From: Rhina ancylostomus | Taxonomy: Eukaryota | Assembly: GCA_030265395.1 (NCBI GenBank) | Contig: JARFYF010000057.1 | Span: 10,599,349-10,663,348, forward strand | DNA: 64,000 nucleotides | Direction of reading: 5' to 3' | Part shown: one piece after another, positions 1-12,838 of the stretch | How positions within the stretch are numbered: the first letter of the stretch is position 1 | How the letters are laid out: each line of letters begins with the position of its first letter | The notes under the pieces: model-generated | Told to the model about the DNA's origin: nothing | Seen by the model: the letters and a program-made list of their open reading frames with translations, nothing else | Databases searched by the model: none | Program-made: the position numbers and the translations under genes

Positions 1-470
1 GGGGGGCGGTGGGTGGCTTGTTGGTTGTATAGCAATGGTCAAGGGTATTAGCCACCCTGCTGGGACAGAAGAGTGTTGGTAGAATTTCGATAACACACTC
101 TTGAGGTTGTCCTGATTGACGTCACCTGCAATAATGAAGAGGGCCTCAGGGTAACCTGTTTCAAGGCTGTTCACCGCAGAGTATAGTTCATAAAGGGCAG
201 GCTTCATGTCCGTCTGGGGTGGGATGTAGACTGCCATCAAGACAACTGAAGTGAACTTCCCTGCCAGGGGAGCAGGAACTTGCCAGGACTGTCATGTACG
301 AGCACCACGAGTTATTGATTAAGAGGCAGACCCCTCCGCCTCTAACCTTGCCCCAGGATGCTGTATGGTCCATGTAGTGGATTGAGAAGCCCTTGGGTTG
401 TATGGCACAGTCAGGTGAAGCAAGTGTAGGCTATGTTTTGGTGAACATAGCACATAGCAGTCCCTCAGTT
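1..470 (-). mobile_element. Rex1/Babar-clade LINE fragment, APE endonuclease region, degenerate
   Basis: Minus-strand peptides GKVRGGGVCLLINNSWC..SCSP, LFIIAGDVNQ.NLKSVL and NTLDHCYTT are typical of the Rex1/Babar endonuclease; frameshifted. Confidence 0.8.
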
Positions 471-499
471 CTCTTACCATTTACAATTACATTCAAGCC

Positions 500-1480
500 A
501 GAGGATCAAACCTGGTTTATTGAGGAGTGTAGGAGGACATCCCAGGAACAGCCCTAAGCATATCTATAAATGAAGTGTCAACTTGGTGAAGCTACAACAT
601 GGGATTACATGGATGCTAAAAACCTAAGGTAGCATACAATAGACTGTGCCAAGTGATCTCATATCAGCAGATGTAGTGAGCAATTAAACTGCTAACAGGA
701 TCAAATGGCTCCAAGAACATCCCTATCCTCANNNNNNNNNNNNNNNNNNNNNNNNNNNNNNNNNNNNNNNNNNNNNNNNNNNNNNNNNNNNNNNNNNNNN
801 NNNNNNNNNNNNNNNNNNNNNNNNNNNNNNNCTCAGTTAGAGTGGATCCCAGCATGTGCATGCCAAAGGCTACGGCATTTGCAAACATCTCCAGTCAGAA
901 ATATTGAGCGCATGATCCAAGTCAGCTTTCTCTGAGGTCCCTGCCATCACAATGGCATACTCAAGCAATTTGATTCACTCCACATGATGCTAAGATAAAG
1001 CTGAGAGCACTAGATACAGTAAAGACTACAAGTTCAGTCAACGTCCTAGCTGTAACATTGAAGACTTGCCCTCTAGAATTAGCCATGTCTCTCACCAAAT
1101 TGTTCCAGTGAAGTTATAGAACAGGCATGAATGCAGAAAATTAATATATGTTCGGTCCACTAAAAGCAGGGCAAAGTCAACATTGTACCATCTAGAAAAT
1201 ACACTGCAGTTACTTCGACAGCACCTCTCAAAGGCATAGCCATCATCAAAAGAGAGAAGGACAGCAGCTACTATCCTAACTTGGAAATATATCACTGTTC
1301 CCTCACCGTCATTGAGTTAAATCTTGGAATTCAATCCCCAACAACACTGTGGCAATAATCTCACCACAAAGACTCCAACGTTCAAGACATCTCACCACCA
1401 ACTTCTCAGTGGTAGTTCAGGATGGGCAATGTATTCCAGCCTTGTCCACAACACCCATAACCCATAAATAAATTAAACAT
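500..1480 (+). mobile_element. Old CR1/L2-group LINE remnant with internal deletions and 3' tail
   Basis: Degenerate KLRALDT.K...VLAVTLKTC.LELA.SL.KLFQ (about 1000-1110), followed by the 3' tail ctcaccaccaacttctcag...gatgggcaat...aataaa, which recurs elsewhere in the window. Confidence 0.65.
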
Positions 1481-1649
1481 ATATAAAACATTAAGAAGCA
1501 GTCTGTGTTTGAACAGTTAGCTCTTTAAGCAGCTCCACTAAGTCTGAGACTACACCCTCCACAATTCTTCCATAGATTGTCCGCACTGTAGTTCTCATAT
1601 TGTCCAACCAGTAATTAGAGTGTTTGCTAAGTGCCTATTATTGACGGAT

Positions 1650-1730
1650 TTATCAGCCAATAGGCAAGCGAGAATTGGCGGGTGGGTTCCCAGATTCAAC
1701 CAATGACAATGCAGCGGGTGGGAGGGTCCC
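1650..1730 (+). promoter_or_regulatory. Candidate TATA-less promoter with clustered CCAAT boxes and GC/CACCC boxes
   Basis: CCAAT at 1657-1661 (agCCAATag) and 1700-1704 (aaCCAATga), inverted ATTGG at 1674-1678, and two identical GCGGGTGGG at 1678-1686 and 1714-1722. CpG is locally higher (about 1640-2020) in otherwise CpG-poor, non-repetitive DNA. Confidence 0.5.
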
Positions 1731-1834
1731 AGGCAGTGGCAGAGGTAGCCGCTGAAGAGAGGAGGCAAAGAATAGACTGATATACCTCAAGAACAGGGCA
1801 GCATGGAGTCAGGGACAGCTACATGCTGAAAAAG
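1730..1834 (+). other. Putative first (5'UTR) exon of the ABCA7-like gene
   Basis: Purine-rich unique sequence just downstream of the CCAAT cluster, ending at a possible donor AAG|gtacaa (1834/1835). The first coding exon has an acceptor, so an upstream exon must exist. The start coordinate is a guess. Confidence 0.35.
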
Positions 1835-2315
1835 GTACAAATTGTGTGGCTGACAATAGTTTGATAAGGTTGAAAGGAAAGCTACGTATAAATTATCGAT
1901 AAGAGGCGCAGGAAGCGCTGGGGAGTGATGCTGTCAGGTTCCTGCTTGCCTCGGATACTGTTGCATTAGATTTCATTACAGCCGCATGGACTTGCAGGGG
2001 ATTTGTCCTTGTGCTTCGGGTTGTGTATGCATTAAATTATTCTTTTAATTTGTATCTTATTGCCAAAATGTCAATTTAGGATGTAACTCGTAATTAATAC
2101 TGGTTGTTTAACCAATGTTGTATTTCCTTGTTACTGAGATCGTTCATTTTCTAACGATACATGTAAAAATGTGCAGTTTTAAATGTTAAATTTATAATCA
2201 AAATCTGTATTTTTTTAAAATTGCAAATTAGCTTTTAAAATTTTAAATTGCAATTATGATATTTGGTTATAAGTGTAGAATATATTTACCCCCACAAGCA
2301 TAAAATAATTTTGGT

Positions 2316-2371
2316 TTGTATATCTTTTAAAAGTTTCCTATTGTATATCTTTTAAAAGTTTCTTATTGTAT
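2316..2371. repeat. 25-bp tandem duplication
   Basis: ttgtatatcttttaaaagtttc(c/t)ta occurs twice, followed by a partial third copy. Confidence 0.85.
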
Positions 2372-2954
2372 GTATAACTATAGGTACGTGTTTTTTTTTA
2401 CAGATTATTTTTGTGGCTCAGTTATTTAAGCTGCTGTCTGACACAATTAAGTCTTAATTGCAAAGTTGTAATTGGTGTCTGGCCTTTTAAATAAGGGTTG
2501 GGAACATAACATCCAGGTTTGTGTCATCAGGCTAATAGGCATGTTTAGAATATAGGTCCCAGTTCCAATCCATAGTTGTTAAGGAGTTGCTGATATTAGT
2601 TGGGTAATCAATGGGGGAATTCATTTGGCTTCATTGACCCTGGAATAAAATCTGATCGGGAGCAAGGACTGTTTCTGATTATTATACAGTGCTCTTTGTG
2701 GAAAGTGTCTGCTTACAGCTGTCACTGAAGATATGATTAGGTCTGGACACAATATTTTCTCTGTTCTCTGCCAGGGCTACACATTGGCTCTTTGGGTGAG
2801 GCACTAGACGATAGAGACTAGGGTTCATTTTTNNNNNNNNNNNNNNNNNNNNNNNNNNNNNNNNNNNNNNNNNNNNNNNNNNNNNNNNNNNNNNNNNNNN
2901 NNNNNNNNNNNNNNNNNNNNNNNNNNNNNNNNTCATTTTTAAAAGGTACCCGAC

Positions 2955-3630
2955 GAGGTTTAATGTGAAGAAATGAGGTATTTCATTTTGGTTGGAAGAA
3001 TGAGAAGAGGCAATCTAAACAAGAGGGTACCATTCGAAGGAACATCTGCATACTTGAGGGTGATGGGCAAATTCAGAAAGTGGTTTAAAAAAGCATATGG
3101 GATCCTGAGCTTCATATATAGTGGGATAGAATACAAACGCAAGGAAGTCATGATGCACAAAACACCTGGAGCATTGTGTTAAGTTCCGAGTGTCACACCT
3201 CAGGAAAAGTGTGAATGTTTCAAAGGAGTTAGAAAAGAGATTTACTATAATGATGCCAGGGATGAGGAACTTCATTTATGTGGATAGACTGGAGATACTG
3301 CTGCTGATCTCCATGGAAGAAAGTCAGTATGAAGAGATCTGGTGAAAGATGCAGAGAATAGATGGGGAGAAGCTGATCCAATTGGCAGTGTGGTTAAGAA
3401 CTACTCGACAATGAAGGCGATTTGCAAAAGAACTTAAAGTGACATGAGAAATTTTGTTTTTACGTGGTGAATGGCTAGATCTGGAATACTTTGCCAGGGG
3501 TATTAGTGCAGTCAGATTCAATTGCAAGTAGATAAGCATCTGAAAGAAAATAATTTTCAGGGGAGTGAAACTAGCTGGATGGCTTTTGCACTGACTGAAT
3601 GGTGTACTTTCATGCCATAACCTTTCTGTG
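2955..3630 (+). mobile_element. CR1 LINE 3' fragment (HER1-like)
   Basis: KKAYGILSFIYSGIEYKRKEVM, LEHCV, KRFTIMMPGMRNFIY.DRLE and a CR1 3'UTR; contains stops and frameshifts. Confidence 0.8.
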
Positions 3631-4299
3631 ATGCTTGTACCTCTAAGGCAATTGGTGACTGCTGGAAAGAGGCTCCTTCAGTGGTTTTTGTGTCCTTGGT
3701 ATGCACATGTTTAAAAAAATTGTTAGATTCTCTAGTAGTAGGTACTTTATTCTATTATTGTTACCTCTAGAGGTACCTGTCTTCTCTTCAGTTGAATTGC
3801 AGAATGATATAATGCTCTCCAGCAAGCTCACTGCAGGTGGATCAAATCACTTGTGTATTTATGAGGGTGTGACTGGCTCTACTAAATCATAGGAATCCAT
3901 GTGCAGTAATAATATCCTATGTCAAGGTATATTTAGTGTAATGTTTACTGCATACACTCAATTTTCTAAATATGGTGACTTTTCTAAATATGATAATAAT
4001 AATAGGGCATATCTACTGCAATGACTTTAATTTGCAAATTATAATAAATCAACTGGGAGATGACTGATTTAGTGGGTGGAGCACTGACCTTTAACTCAAA
4101 TGACCTGAGTTCGTACCCAACCTAGACTACTTTGGAGAATGTATTCTATCTCCATCTCAAAGGTTACATTTTAATTATAGTCTGCTGTCTCCATCCCATA
4201 CCCTGTGAATGGCACAACATTTATCTTATTTGGCATCAAACTACCTTGCACAGAGAAAGGCCACGGAATAATGGGTATATGAAATGAATGATGTTGCTG

Positions 4300-4640
4300 A
4301 CGTGTTACAGAGTGAGGGAGCTTCACTGTATTTAAATGACATTGGTTTGAGCTTGTACCATCCTGCAGATGTCAGGTAAGACAATGTAGGAGGTGATTTA
4401 CTGTGCATCAAGCCCATACAATGTCTGTCTTGGGGGTGCTAGATACTGGAAGGATTTACTCTGCATCTGGCCCACACTGTATCTATTCTCAGCATGCTGG
4501 CCAGGTGTCTACAGAGGAAGCTTTACTCTAATCTACCATATGCTGTAATTGACTTGGAAGTGCTTGGTGGGGCGGGGTAGTGGGAGCTTGGCTCTCTATT
4601 TTGACCATGCTTTACCTGACTGAATAGTATTTAATTCGCC
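4300..4640 (+). repeat. Degenerate tandem array, about 5 units of roughly 60-70 bp
   Basis: Recurring motif gg(a/g)agctttactctg(c/t)atct..ccca..ctgta.ctg..ttgg.agtgct near 4315, 4390, 4450, 4515 and 4582; a single related copy lies near 55335. Confidence 0.6.
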
Positions 4641-4879
4641 TGAAATTTAGTGGGATGGGAGTGGTGGCATTGGGTAGGGTATTGGAAACTGGTAGTGGGG
4701 AGTGGATGAAAACTAGTTTTCCATAATAGATAATTAAACTTCCAACAATATGTTTGACAGTTGTACTGTATATAATGTTTGTAAAGGACAGATAATGCAA
4801 AGATTGATAGATTTTCATCAATAGCTTATCACCATGGGAGCCCTGGTATATCAAAGATGTTCCCTTCGTCCAATACACC

Positions 4880-5055
4880 CTTCCCCACTCTCTCTACAAT
4901 TTAAAAAAAACTAACTTGTTTTCTTTTTTCCAGTTCTGGCAAGGAGTCCTTGACCTTAACCGTTAACTCTATTTATCTTTCCACCAATGCCACTTGACCT
5001 GTTGAGTGCTTGCACTTTTTTAAAATTTCTCATTTCTGGCATTTGTAGTTTGATT
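4880..5055 (+). mobile_element. Penelope pLTR-derived short repeat (MER6-like), degenerate
   Basis: cagttctggcaaggagtccttgaccttaaccgttaactct...ccaccaatgccacttgacctgttgagt...ctggcatttgtagt; same family as the copies at 12699, 37349 and 48340. Confidence 0.55.
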
Positions 5056-8000
5056 TTCATTGATAGTTCTTTGGTATATGGAACTAGCTTGTATAAAGGA
5101 GTTAAGATACAGATTGGGAATTATTTAGGATAGTGGAATAAGTCTGAATGGCTGTGTGAGCTATTCCTGTTCTTGAGTATGAATCTATTAGTGACTAGAA
5201 ATAAATAAGTGGTGAAATGATTGTGTTTAATGATGTTTCTCTTTAGATCCAATATATGAGTACATAATAATATACGTTAGTAATTGTTTCCCTAATGGCT
5301 CAGTTGTTAAATCCAGTGAATAACTGAGCTATGCAAGTTCCAGGTTCAATCCTTTTTTTTAATGCACCTTTTGTTTCCTGCATAGACATTGTGTATGCTC
5401 ATTGAAAGCTTTTTAAAAAAAGCTCCTCTCAGCATATTACTTTTGAGTGGATAAGTTAAAAAATTCTTAAATAACAGATTCCGCAGTAGTTTGAGATAAA
5501 ACTGACAGCTGTCTATACAAAAGCAATATTCTGCTTGAACTCTGAAGTATAAATTCAGCTTCTGTAGAAAAGTTGACATCTCAAGTTGATGATCTGTCAG
5601 AACTGAACATCTGGACCCAGATGGTGAGAAACTTGGGGCTCCTGAGTGAAAATAACATTTAAAGAATCCAGCCAATCAGCTTGATTTCACTTTGAATTAA
5701 TAATATGGCAAACATCAAGGCCATAGAGTCTGCTAGAGAAGATTGGGTTAATCAGAAATAATGATTTAACCACCACAAAGCCTGGTTTTTAAGAAGAACA
5801 TTGTTCATCTAAACAAAGATATTGTAAGAAGGAAGTTGTGGCAATAGTATATTAGTAATGCTACTGTGAATGCTAATTTCATCTTAATGTAGGAAAAAAG
5901 ATGTGTATTGAATTCGGGGAAGGTGCAATGCAGGGTCTTTTTGAGGGGCATTGATTTTTAAAAGAGGAATGTAAGAGTTTTGTGAATGAAGGGTTGGAGA
6001 AAAAATGTTATTCATGATGAACAACAGTCAGCAGTTTTTGATTATTGTTCTTGCATTGTGAAAATGTTAGTTTAATTTTAGTCTGAGATGTTGTTATACT
6101 TAAAAAAAAAACCTAAATGCCCCTAATATATAATGAAAGGGGAATTTGTTGGGATTTTACTCTGCTGTACAACCTTCATATGAACCTGGTCCATAAAATG
6201 TGTGTTGGGAAATAGAGTTCATTGGACATAAAGTATCTCAAACTCCCATCAAAAGTTGTTTCCTCAGCTTTCGTTGTTTGATTATGCAGTTTTATTGAAT
6301 TAAAATGTTATTTTTGCTCCGGTTGCTACACGGTGTTTGGAAATTATCCAAGTAAGCACTCTAAAGTTAAAATTTATAATACAATAAATATATTCAATGG
6401 TGTGGAAGGTGCCTTTGCGTGAATTTGTTTAACATGGGGTGGTTGTTGCATACCAGTTATTGGATGGATGATAGTGCAAAGTTTTGGTTCGATAGCAAGA
6501 CAACGAGAGACCAGGCTCTGCTGTACAGATTTGGCACACCCATGTATGTGGACATGCACACGTATGGATAAAAATATGATCTTGTTCATGCCATTTAAAT
6601 GGGTCCCTTTCCCTTCCAATGCACTCTACTCTGGTATGCATCACTTGGCTTACAGTACCTTCACAGCTCCTCCAAGGTGAATTATGGTAAGCAGAGAATA
6701 AACAGACTTCATAGCGGACAGGGGAGTAAGGGTCCATAGGTATTCTGTGCACTGGCACCACTTCTTGTCACTAATTATTTTTTGCTAACTCTTCCCAGTG
6801 TGGCCTGCCTGTAACTGCTAGCCCACCTTTCTGCTGAATCGTGTTTTTTTTCCCTGTCTCTGACTCTGCTGTTATTAGTCAGCAAGAGGTTTACAGGAAG
6901 GTTTCATTAATTTCCTCTCGTAGCTCATGATGAACTGGGTTTGCCAGTGTTCTCCCCTCTCCTCACACTTTCCCCCCACCCCCCGCCCCCCCCAATTCTC
7001 CCAACAAATATCCCAAATCTGTGTGAAGCTAGTTGATTTAATTGGCCATTTGCTAGGTTGCGAGAAAGAGTTAAGCATTTCTGATGGTGGTGGTTAGAGG
7101 AGATTGAGTAAAGGGAGAAAGAGTGAGTTACTACTGAGTTGTAGGTGTTGGGGCCGGTGGTTCATATGGGGGGGGGGGGAAATAAGCCATTTTATAGGAG
7201 GTACCAGATAGTTCCTTCTAAGCTGTCTACTGTGTAAGTAGTGCTGTATCAGAGCCAACACTTGAAGCAAGTAAAGTTTAAAAATAAACAATAGATTTTA
7301 AAAAGCTTAGCTATAAGTGTATAAGTTTTTTTTTTACACCATCTGTTCTAAACACAGACTGGCTTCAGTAGCATGAGCCTTATAATTTTTGGGCTGGTAC
7401 ATGCTACTTTTTCCCTTGGATCTCTGCCAGACAAGGAGCCAAACATCAGCACCTCCCTGTTAAATTAGCAAGCAATCTTTTTGTATCGTTGTCTGTAGTT
7501 GATGGAAAACTACACCATTGGCAGAGCACCAAGTTATTTCAACTCAAGACAGTTGGGTAGATCAACTACTATTTTCTAGAGGGGCATGAAACGAGAGAAC
7601 AACAATTCATAATAAGGAGGCTACCTCCATCAATTGGGGATGCAGGACATGGCAATATTTAGAGAGGAGGCTATATCATTGTTAATGCTCAATGAAGAGT
7701 CGTAACTAACCACTCTTATCTACTCTCTTCTTTGACCATTTCCTTCCCAAGCTTCTCTTTTCACCACACTCAGTTGCCAAACACTTATTTTCCATTGCAT
7801 AATGCACAAACAGATCACTTTGTGTCACTCCTGTAGTTCCTCTAGCCGGTTCCCAGTCTAAGTGGGCCTTTCACTCTTTATACCATTTCTGAGTGATTTG
7901 TGCATGGAGTTAAGTAATTTCCCATGCCGTATTCCTTGTGGAGCACTTTGGGGGAATAGACATTGTTATGGGAGGGATCATCATTTGGGCAACCATGTTT

Positions 8001-10589
8001 TTAGTAATTCTATGCTGGGTTGAGATCTCCACCCCCTCACCCTGATAATTACATTCTGTAAATACATTGATCCTCTGAAACCTTCATCTTCTTGGACCCT
8101 GCTTTTCCCCTCCTCCACTCCTCTTGATGAAGACCCCTTCTTCAGGCCCCCAGTCTTCCCAAGTATCCCTCACCTACCTAACTACAGGCCCTTATCGGGC
8201 CTACAGTGGCAGGCCTTTCTTGCCTCCACCCAACCTGTCCCCTCCTGAAACTCAACCTTGATGTGAAATTTTGCACGCACTCGCAGTGGGTGGTTGTTAG
8301 CTCACTGCTGCAGCGCTAAATGGGGTGCANNNNNNNNNNNNNNNNNNNNNNNNNNNNNNNNNNNNNNNNNNNNNNNNNNNNNNNNNNNNNNNNNNNNNNN
8401 NNNNNNNNNNNNNNNNNNNNNNNNNNNNNNNNNNNNNNNNNNNNNNNNNNNNNNNNNNNNNNNNNNNNNNNNNNNNNNNNNNNNNNNNNNNNNNNNNNNN
8501 NNNNNNNNNNNNNNNNNNNNNNNNNNNNNNNNNNNNNNNNNNNNNNNNNNNNNNNNNNNNNNNNNNNNNNNNNNNNNNNNNNNNNNNNNNNNNNNNNNNN
8601 NNNNNNNNNNNNNNNNNNNNNNNNNNNNNNNNNNNNNNNNNNNNNNNNNNNNNNNNNNNNNNNNNNNNNNNNNNNNNNNNNNNNNNNNNNNNNNNNNNNN
8701 NNNNNNNNNNNNNNNNNNNNNNNNNNNNNNNNNNNNNNNNNNNNNNNNNNNNNNNNNNNNNNNNNNNNNNNNNNNNTTCCTTTGTGAAGATCCAGTTCGT
8801 ATTGGGATTCCTCTTCTGATCTCCAAGGCAAGATTCCTTCCAGTTACTGCCTGCATTTATCCTGACTCCAGTCTTGTATTGGTGTACTGCATTTGGGTTC
8901 TCTGTGACTTTGCTCTGGATCAACATTGTGACAGCAGAGAGTTCAAGATTGCAGTGGGATGGTGATTGAAGTCCTTGCCATTAATGGGTGAAGCACAGGA
9001 AGGACAACAGCAATAAGTATGTGAGGGCCTGAAAGTGTTGCAGAGGCAGATTGAGACAGTTATTGTCGCCGCTTGATAATTTCCAGCAGACACAATGTGG
9101 TTGTGACTTGTGGTAGATCTTGGGTTGATTGTAGCTTGAGAGACCTGTAGTGCTGCCTTTATCCAGGATATAATTTGGTTTGTGTCTGTGGCATTAAAAT
9201 ACTGTTGTAGCAGCTCCAAAGTTATGCACATGATTCAGCTTTCTAACTATGTACATACTTATGAAGTTTTTACACTTGCACGCAAGGGTTTGCTGGATGA
9301 ATGCACTGACCGGCAGGGTACTGGGTCTTCCAAACAAGGAAGGGTGTGGCTTCAAAGTCTTGTGTTTCTGATGGCCACTGAGCTGGGGAAATATTGTTGG
9401 AGATATTATCAGAAGTGGTGGTGTGGGATATCTCTATCACTGACCCTACAGGAATGTACGTGTTGATCTTGACCAATGAGAGATGTAGCTGAGCAGGATG
9501 GACTTCCTGATGGAATGACCTACTAATACTGTATTAGGCAGTTAAACAATTTTTGACAGTCATGTAGTGCCTGATCCAAGTAGAGTTAATGGCAGAAGCT
9601 GAGTAAGAAAGTGAGCTGGGGTGGGAATGTAGGTCGAAAATATTATGCGGCATTCATCTCTCACTACAGCACAGGTGTGGAACATAGCAGAATACTTCTC
9701 TGTGTAGATTTGTGCTGATTTAAAATGCAACTGCTTTTCTATAATGTGTCAAGTGGCCATTGAGCAGTGTGAAACCTTAGGATTGTACCTAAACTTNNNN
9801 NNNNNNACTTGTACTGCCAATTCATAGAATGAATAATGAAATCCATTCAAACAATTCTGGATAATCTGACTGGGATTTGTCCACCAATATTATAACCACT
9901 GCCAAGATGGTTCTTCTAAACCTCCAAGACCGATTTTAAAATGTAAACAGAACAAACCCGTGAATAAGAAATTTAAGAATACATAGGAATGAGTTGTCTG
10001 CACTTTAGTGATTGTTCTTAGGATCTTTGTGTAACGATTTGGATGCAATGTGCTTATAGGTTGTTGGACCAGAAGTATGGCTGTCATGTTGCTTTATTTT
10101 CCCTTCCCCATCAAATTTCAATAGGGAGCTGTAAACGATTGTAAGGAAGCAGATTAGTGCATAATTCATGAAGTAGGGATATGCTGAAATAAACAGTTTT
10201 CTGTGTCTGACATTGTTGCAAATACTACTCTTCAGTTGTGAGGCTGAACTCGGTCTGCTAGAGTGGTTCATGTGAATGTCAAAGATTCCATGGCATTCAT
10301 GAAAATCAGTAGGAAGTTAACACCATAAAAACAAAATTAACTGATCATTTATTTCCTCACAGTATGTTCAACCTGGCTGCTTGTTTTTAGCTGCAGGATG
10401 TGGTCGAGGCTGTTAATAAACTGCAATTCTTCTTGGTACCATCCCTTAAAGCACTTTTGTCTGTTCTTGTGTTGAAGGTAGTGTGTTCTGAGAATCAATG
10501 AGGCAACTATTGGGAAGATGAGAGAGACTGCCCTTGACATTAATGCAGCATTGTACAAAGTGTAACGTCAAGTGTCACCAATCAGTGAG

Positions 10590-10970
10590 AATCGAGGATC
10601 TCAGTCCAAGAGGAATACTGCAGGTGTTCCTCAGGACACAGTCCTGGGTCCATCATTTTCAAGGGCTTCATTAATGACCTTTCTCTCATTATGTCAAACA
10701 TTTTGTATGATGGTGGCACATTGTTCAATTCCATTCACACTTAATTGGAAGAAGACAGACTGCATGCACATTGAAAAAACATGTTAACTTTCAAGGTTGG
10801 GTTGATAATTGGCAAGTAGCATGTATCATATAAGTGTTATCATCTCCCACAAGGGAGAATCCTACCTTTCCCTAACATTCAATTCATTATCAACTCTCCC
10901 GCCATCAACATCTTGGGAGCAAAAACCATTCACAAGAAATACAATAAGACTGGCAACGTAGAAGTGAAGT
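10590..10970 (+). mobile_element. CR1/L2-group LINE RT fragment
   Basis: TAGVPQDTVLGPSFSR in ORF 10572..10787 is a degenerate GVPQGSVLGP; related to the copies at 21450 and 38920. Confidence 0.65.
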
Positions 10971-12698
10971 ACCCTGAAGTTTGAGAAGGTGCTCTATCAG
11001 TCGAAAAAGTTGCTTTCCATATCGCGAGGTTGCCGTAGGTAGGAGGTCAATATTGTGGAACTGTTATCTCCATCTGGGATTGGCAAACCAAGCTATCTCC
11101 TCGCTAATGTCTCCTTCTATTAATGTGCCATTATCCTTGAATCCCTTCATTCTGTTGCCTTTCCTATAGTTCTTTTGGCCACTTGTCTTGCTGTTACTCA
11201 TTCAGTAACAGAGTAATGGGCTGAGTGTATCCTGACTGCATGTGAAGGGGAAATGTTTCAGTCTCTAGTATTGAAATACTAGGAGTGATTAGATGATGTA
11301 TCTCTATATGAGTAACATCAGTAAAGGAGAAATTGGAAAACATTGAGTGGCAAAAAGCTTTAGTTAGGGGAGAGATTTGCTTTGAGGTAGAGGTGTAATG
11401 GGAGAAAATTCATCAAGCACTTTGTGGCAACAAAGTGAAAGGCTATTGGTATTTTTGTTTTGTATGTTTTACTATGAAACTCATTGGGTTCCTACACTAT
11501 TTATTTAAAAGGAAGCTGTGCTGTGGGTATGTCTAGAGAACTGCATTATATCCCAGGATAAATGCCATCAAATTTTCTGTTGATGTTTTAGATTGAGCAG
11601 AATTGTCCATTTCAGAACATCAGACACTTGAAGCTGCAGGAGAGGTTGCATTCTGGATATCAGTGCCTTTAGGGATTCTGCTACAGAAAGTCACAAACCC
11701 CAGCTTTAATGTTCCTTGGGGATCGCTCCCGGGAAAATGCTGGAATACACTGTCCCACAAAATGATAGTATACGCCTGTAATACCCCTCAAGGGATATGG
11801 TGGTGTGAAATGCCTCTCAGACGTTTATCTACAGAGAGAGTTGAGAAGCTGTTAGGAGACTGATTTCAACATCTAAGAAGTACTTGTTTTATTGATGCCA
11901 CCAAAACAGGACTGTTTCTCGCATTGAACAATAAACAGAAGGCAATACCTCATCCCAGTTTTGGCTGTAAGGCACAGAAGGTCAGCTGTGAGAAGAGGCC
12001 CAGAACTGCACAGTGCAGCGAGATGAGTATGTACCACAATAATTGGAAGGACCAGCTAGTTTGTTATCAGCATTGCTTATCCTGCATTTGCCATATTTTG
12101 CTTTTCTATTATCACATATCTGAAGACTGTCTAGAACATAGTTCATGGACGTTTATTTTTTAGTATTGCTGGCTCAGAGTTTTGAAATGCTTGAAAATTC
12201 TTGCTGTGATAACCAGCCTGCTGGAACGGAGGATCCTGTAACTAGAGTGATTAATGATAACAGGTTAATGGAGGGAGGAGAGCTGATTTACTGAAACTTA
12301 CTTCAGATCTGTCATTACACCAACGCCGGAGCCCTTTAATTTTGTGTATTTTTAGAAGAAAAAGTATCGCCCCTTAAATGAAGTGATTATGTGTGACCTT
12401 AAATAGAAGAGAACTAATTCATTTCTCTTTTGATTTTTTTTTTTCTCTTTTTTTCCATTTGTTTTGGGGTAGTTAAGTCTGCTGTATGGTTTCCTTCCCA
12501 AATGGCATTCTTAATACATCAAACTAAATTGTGATTGGCATCACGGTTGAAGTTTGCGCACTCTGTCTCCCTTGTGGTGCATTCTTCCTCACTTGCTGCC
12601 TTGTCCATTTGCTTTCCTACTGCTGTCAATAGATAACCAAAAATACTCAGACTAAAAATGGCTCTCATCCCTGTTCTTCCCAACCCAGTAAAACTGAG

Positions 12699-12838
12699 AC
12701 ACGAGAGACTGCTGATGTTGAAATCTGGAGCAATTAACAATCTGCTGGAAGAACTCGGGACCCAAAACTTCAACAATTCCGTTCCTCTCTCAGACGCTGC
12801 TCGACCCACTGAGTTCTTCCAGCAGATCATTTGATGCG
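12699..12838. mobile_element. Short palindromic Penelope-pLTR-derived element with a target-site duplication
   Basis: Perfect 17-bp inverted repeat atctgctggaagaactc (12740-12756) / gagttcttccagcagat (12811-12827), flanked by ccag(t/g)aaaactgag at 12685-12698 and 12839-12852. Confidence 0.75.

Noticed and set aside
4085-4110. Two TGACCT half-sites as a possible LXR element
   Set aside because: The spacing is 10 nt rather than DR4, and the site lies in SINE-head-like sequence.
5290-5355. tRNA-like A/B-box sequence (tggctcagttg...ggttcaatcc)
   Set aside because: No cloverleaf can be drawn; it looks like the decayed head of a tRNA-derived SINE.
8294-8965. Long ORFs spanning N-runs (also 14701-15323, 26805-27484, 664-935)
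   Set aside because: They are open only because N bases contain no stop codons; there is no coding evidence.
8880-9500. Possible minus-strand LINE remnant (RTE-like); similar unclear region at 62980-63400
   Set aside because: Too degenerate to assign a family or boundaries by eye.
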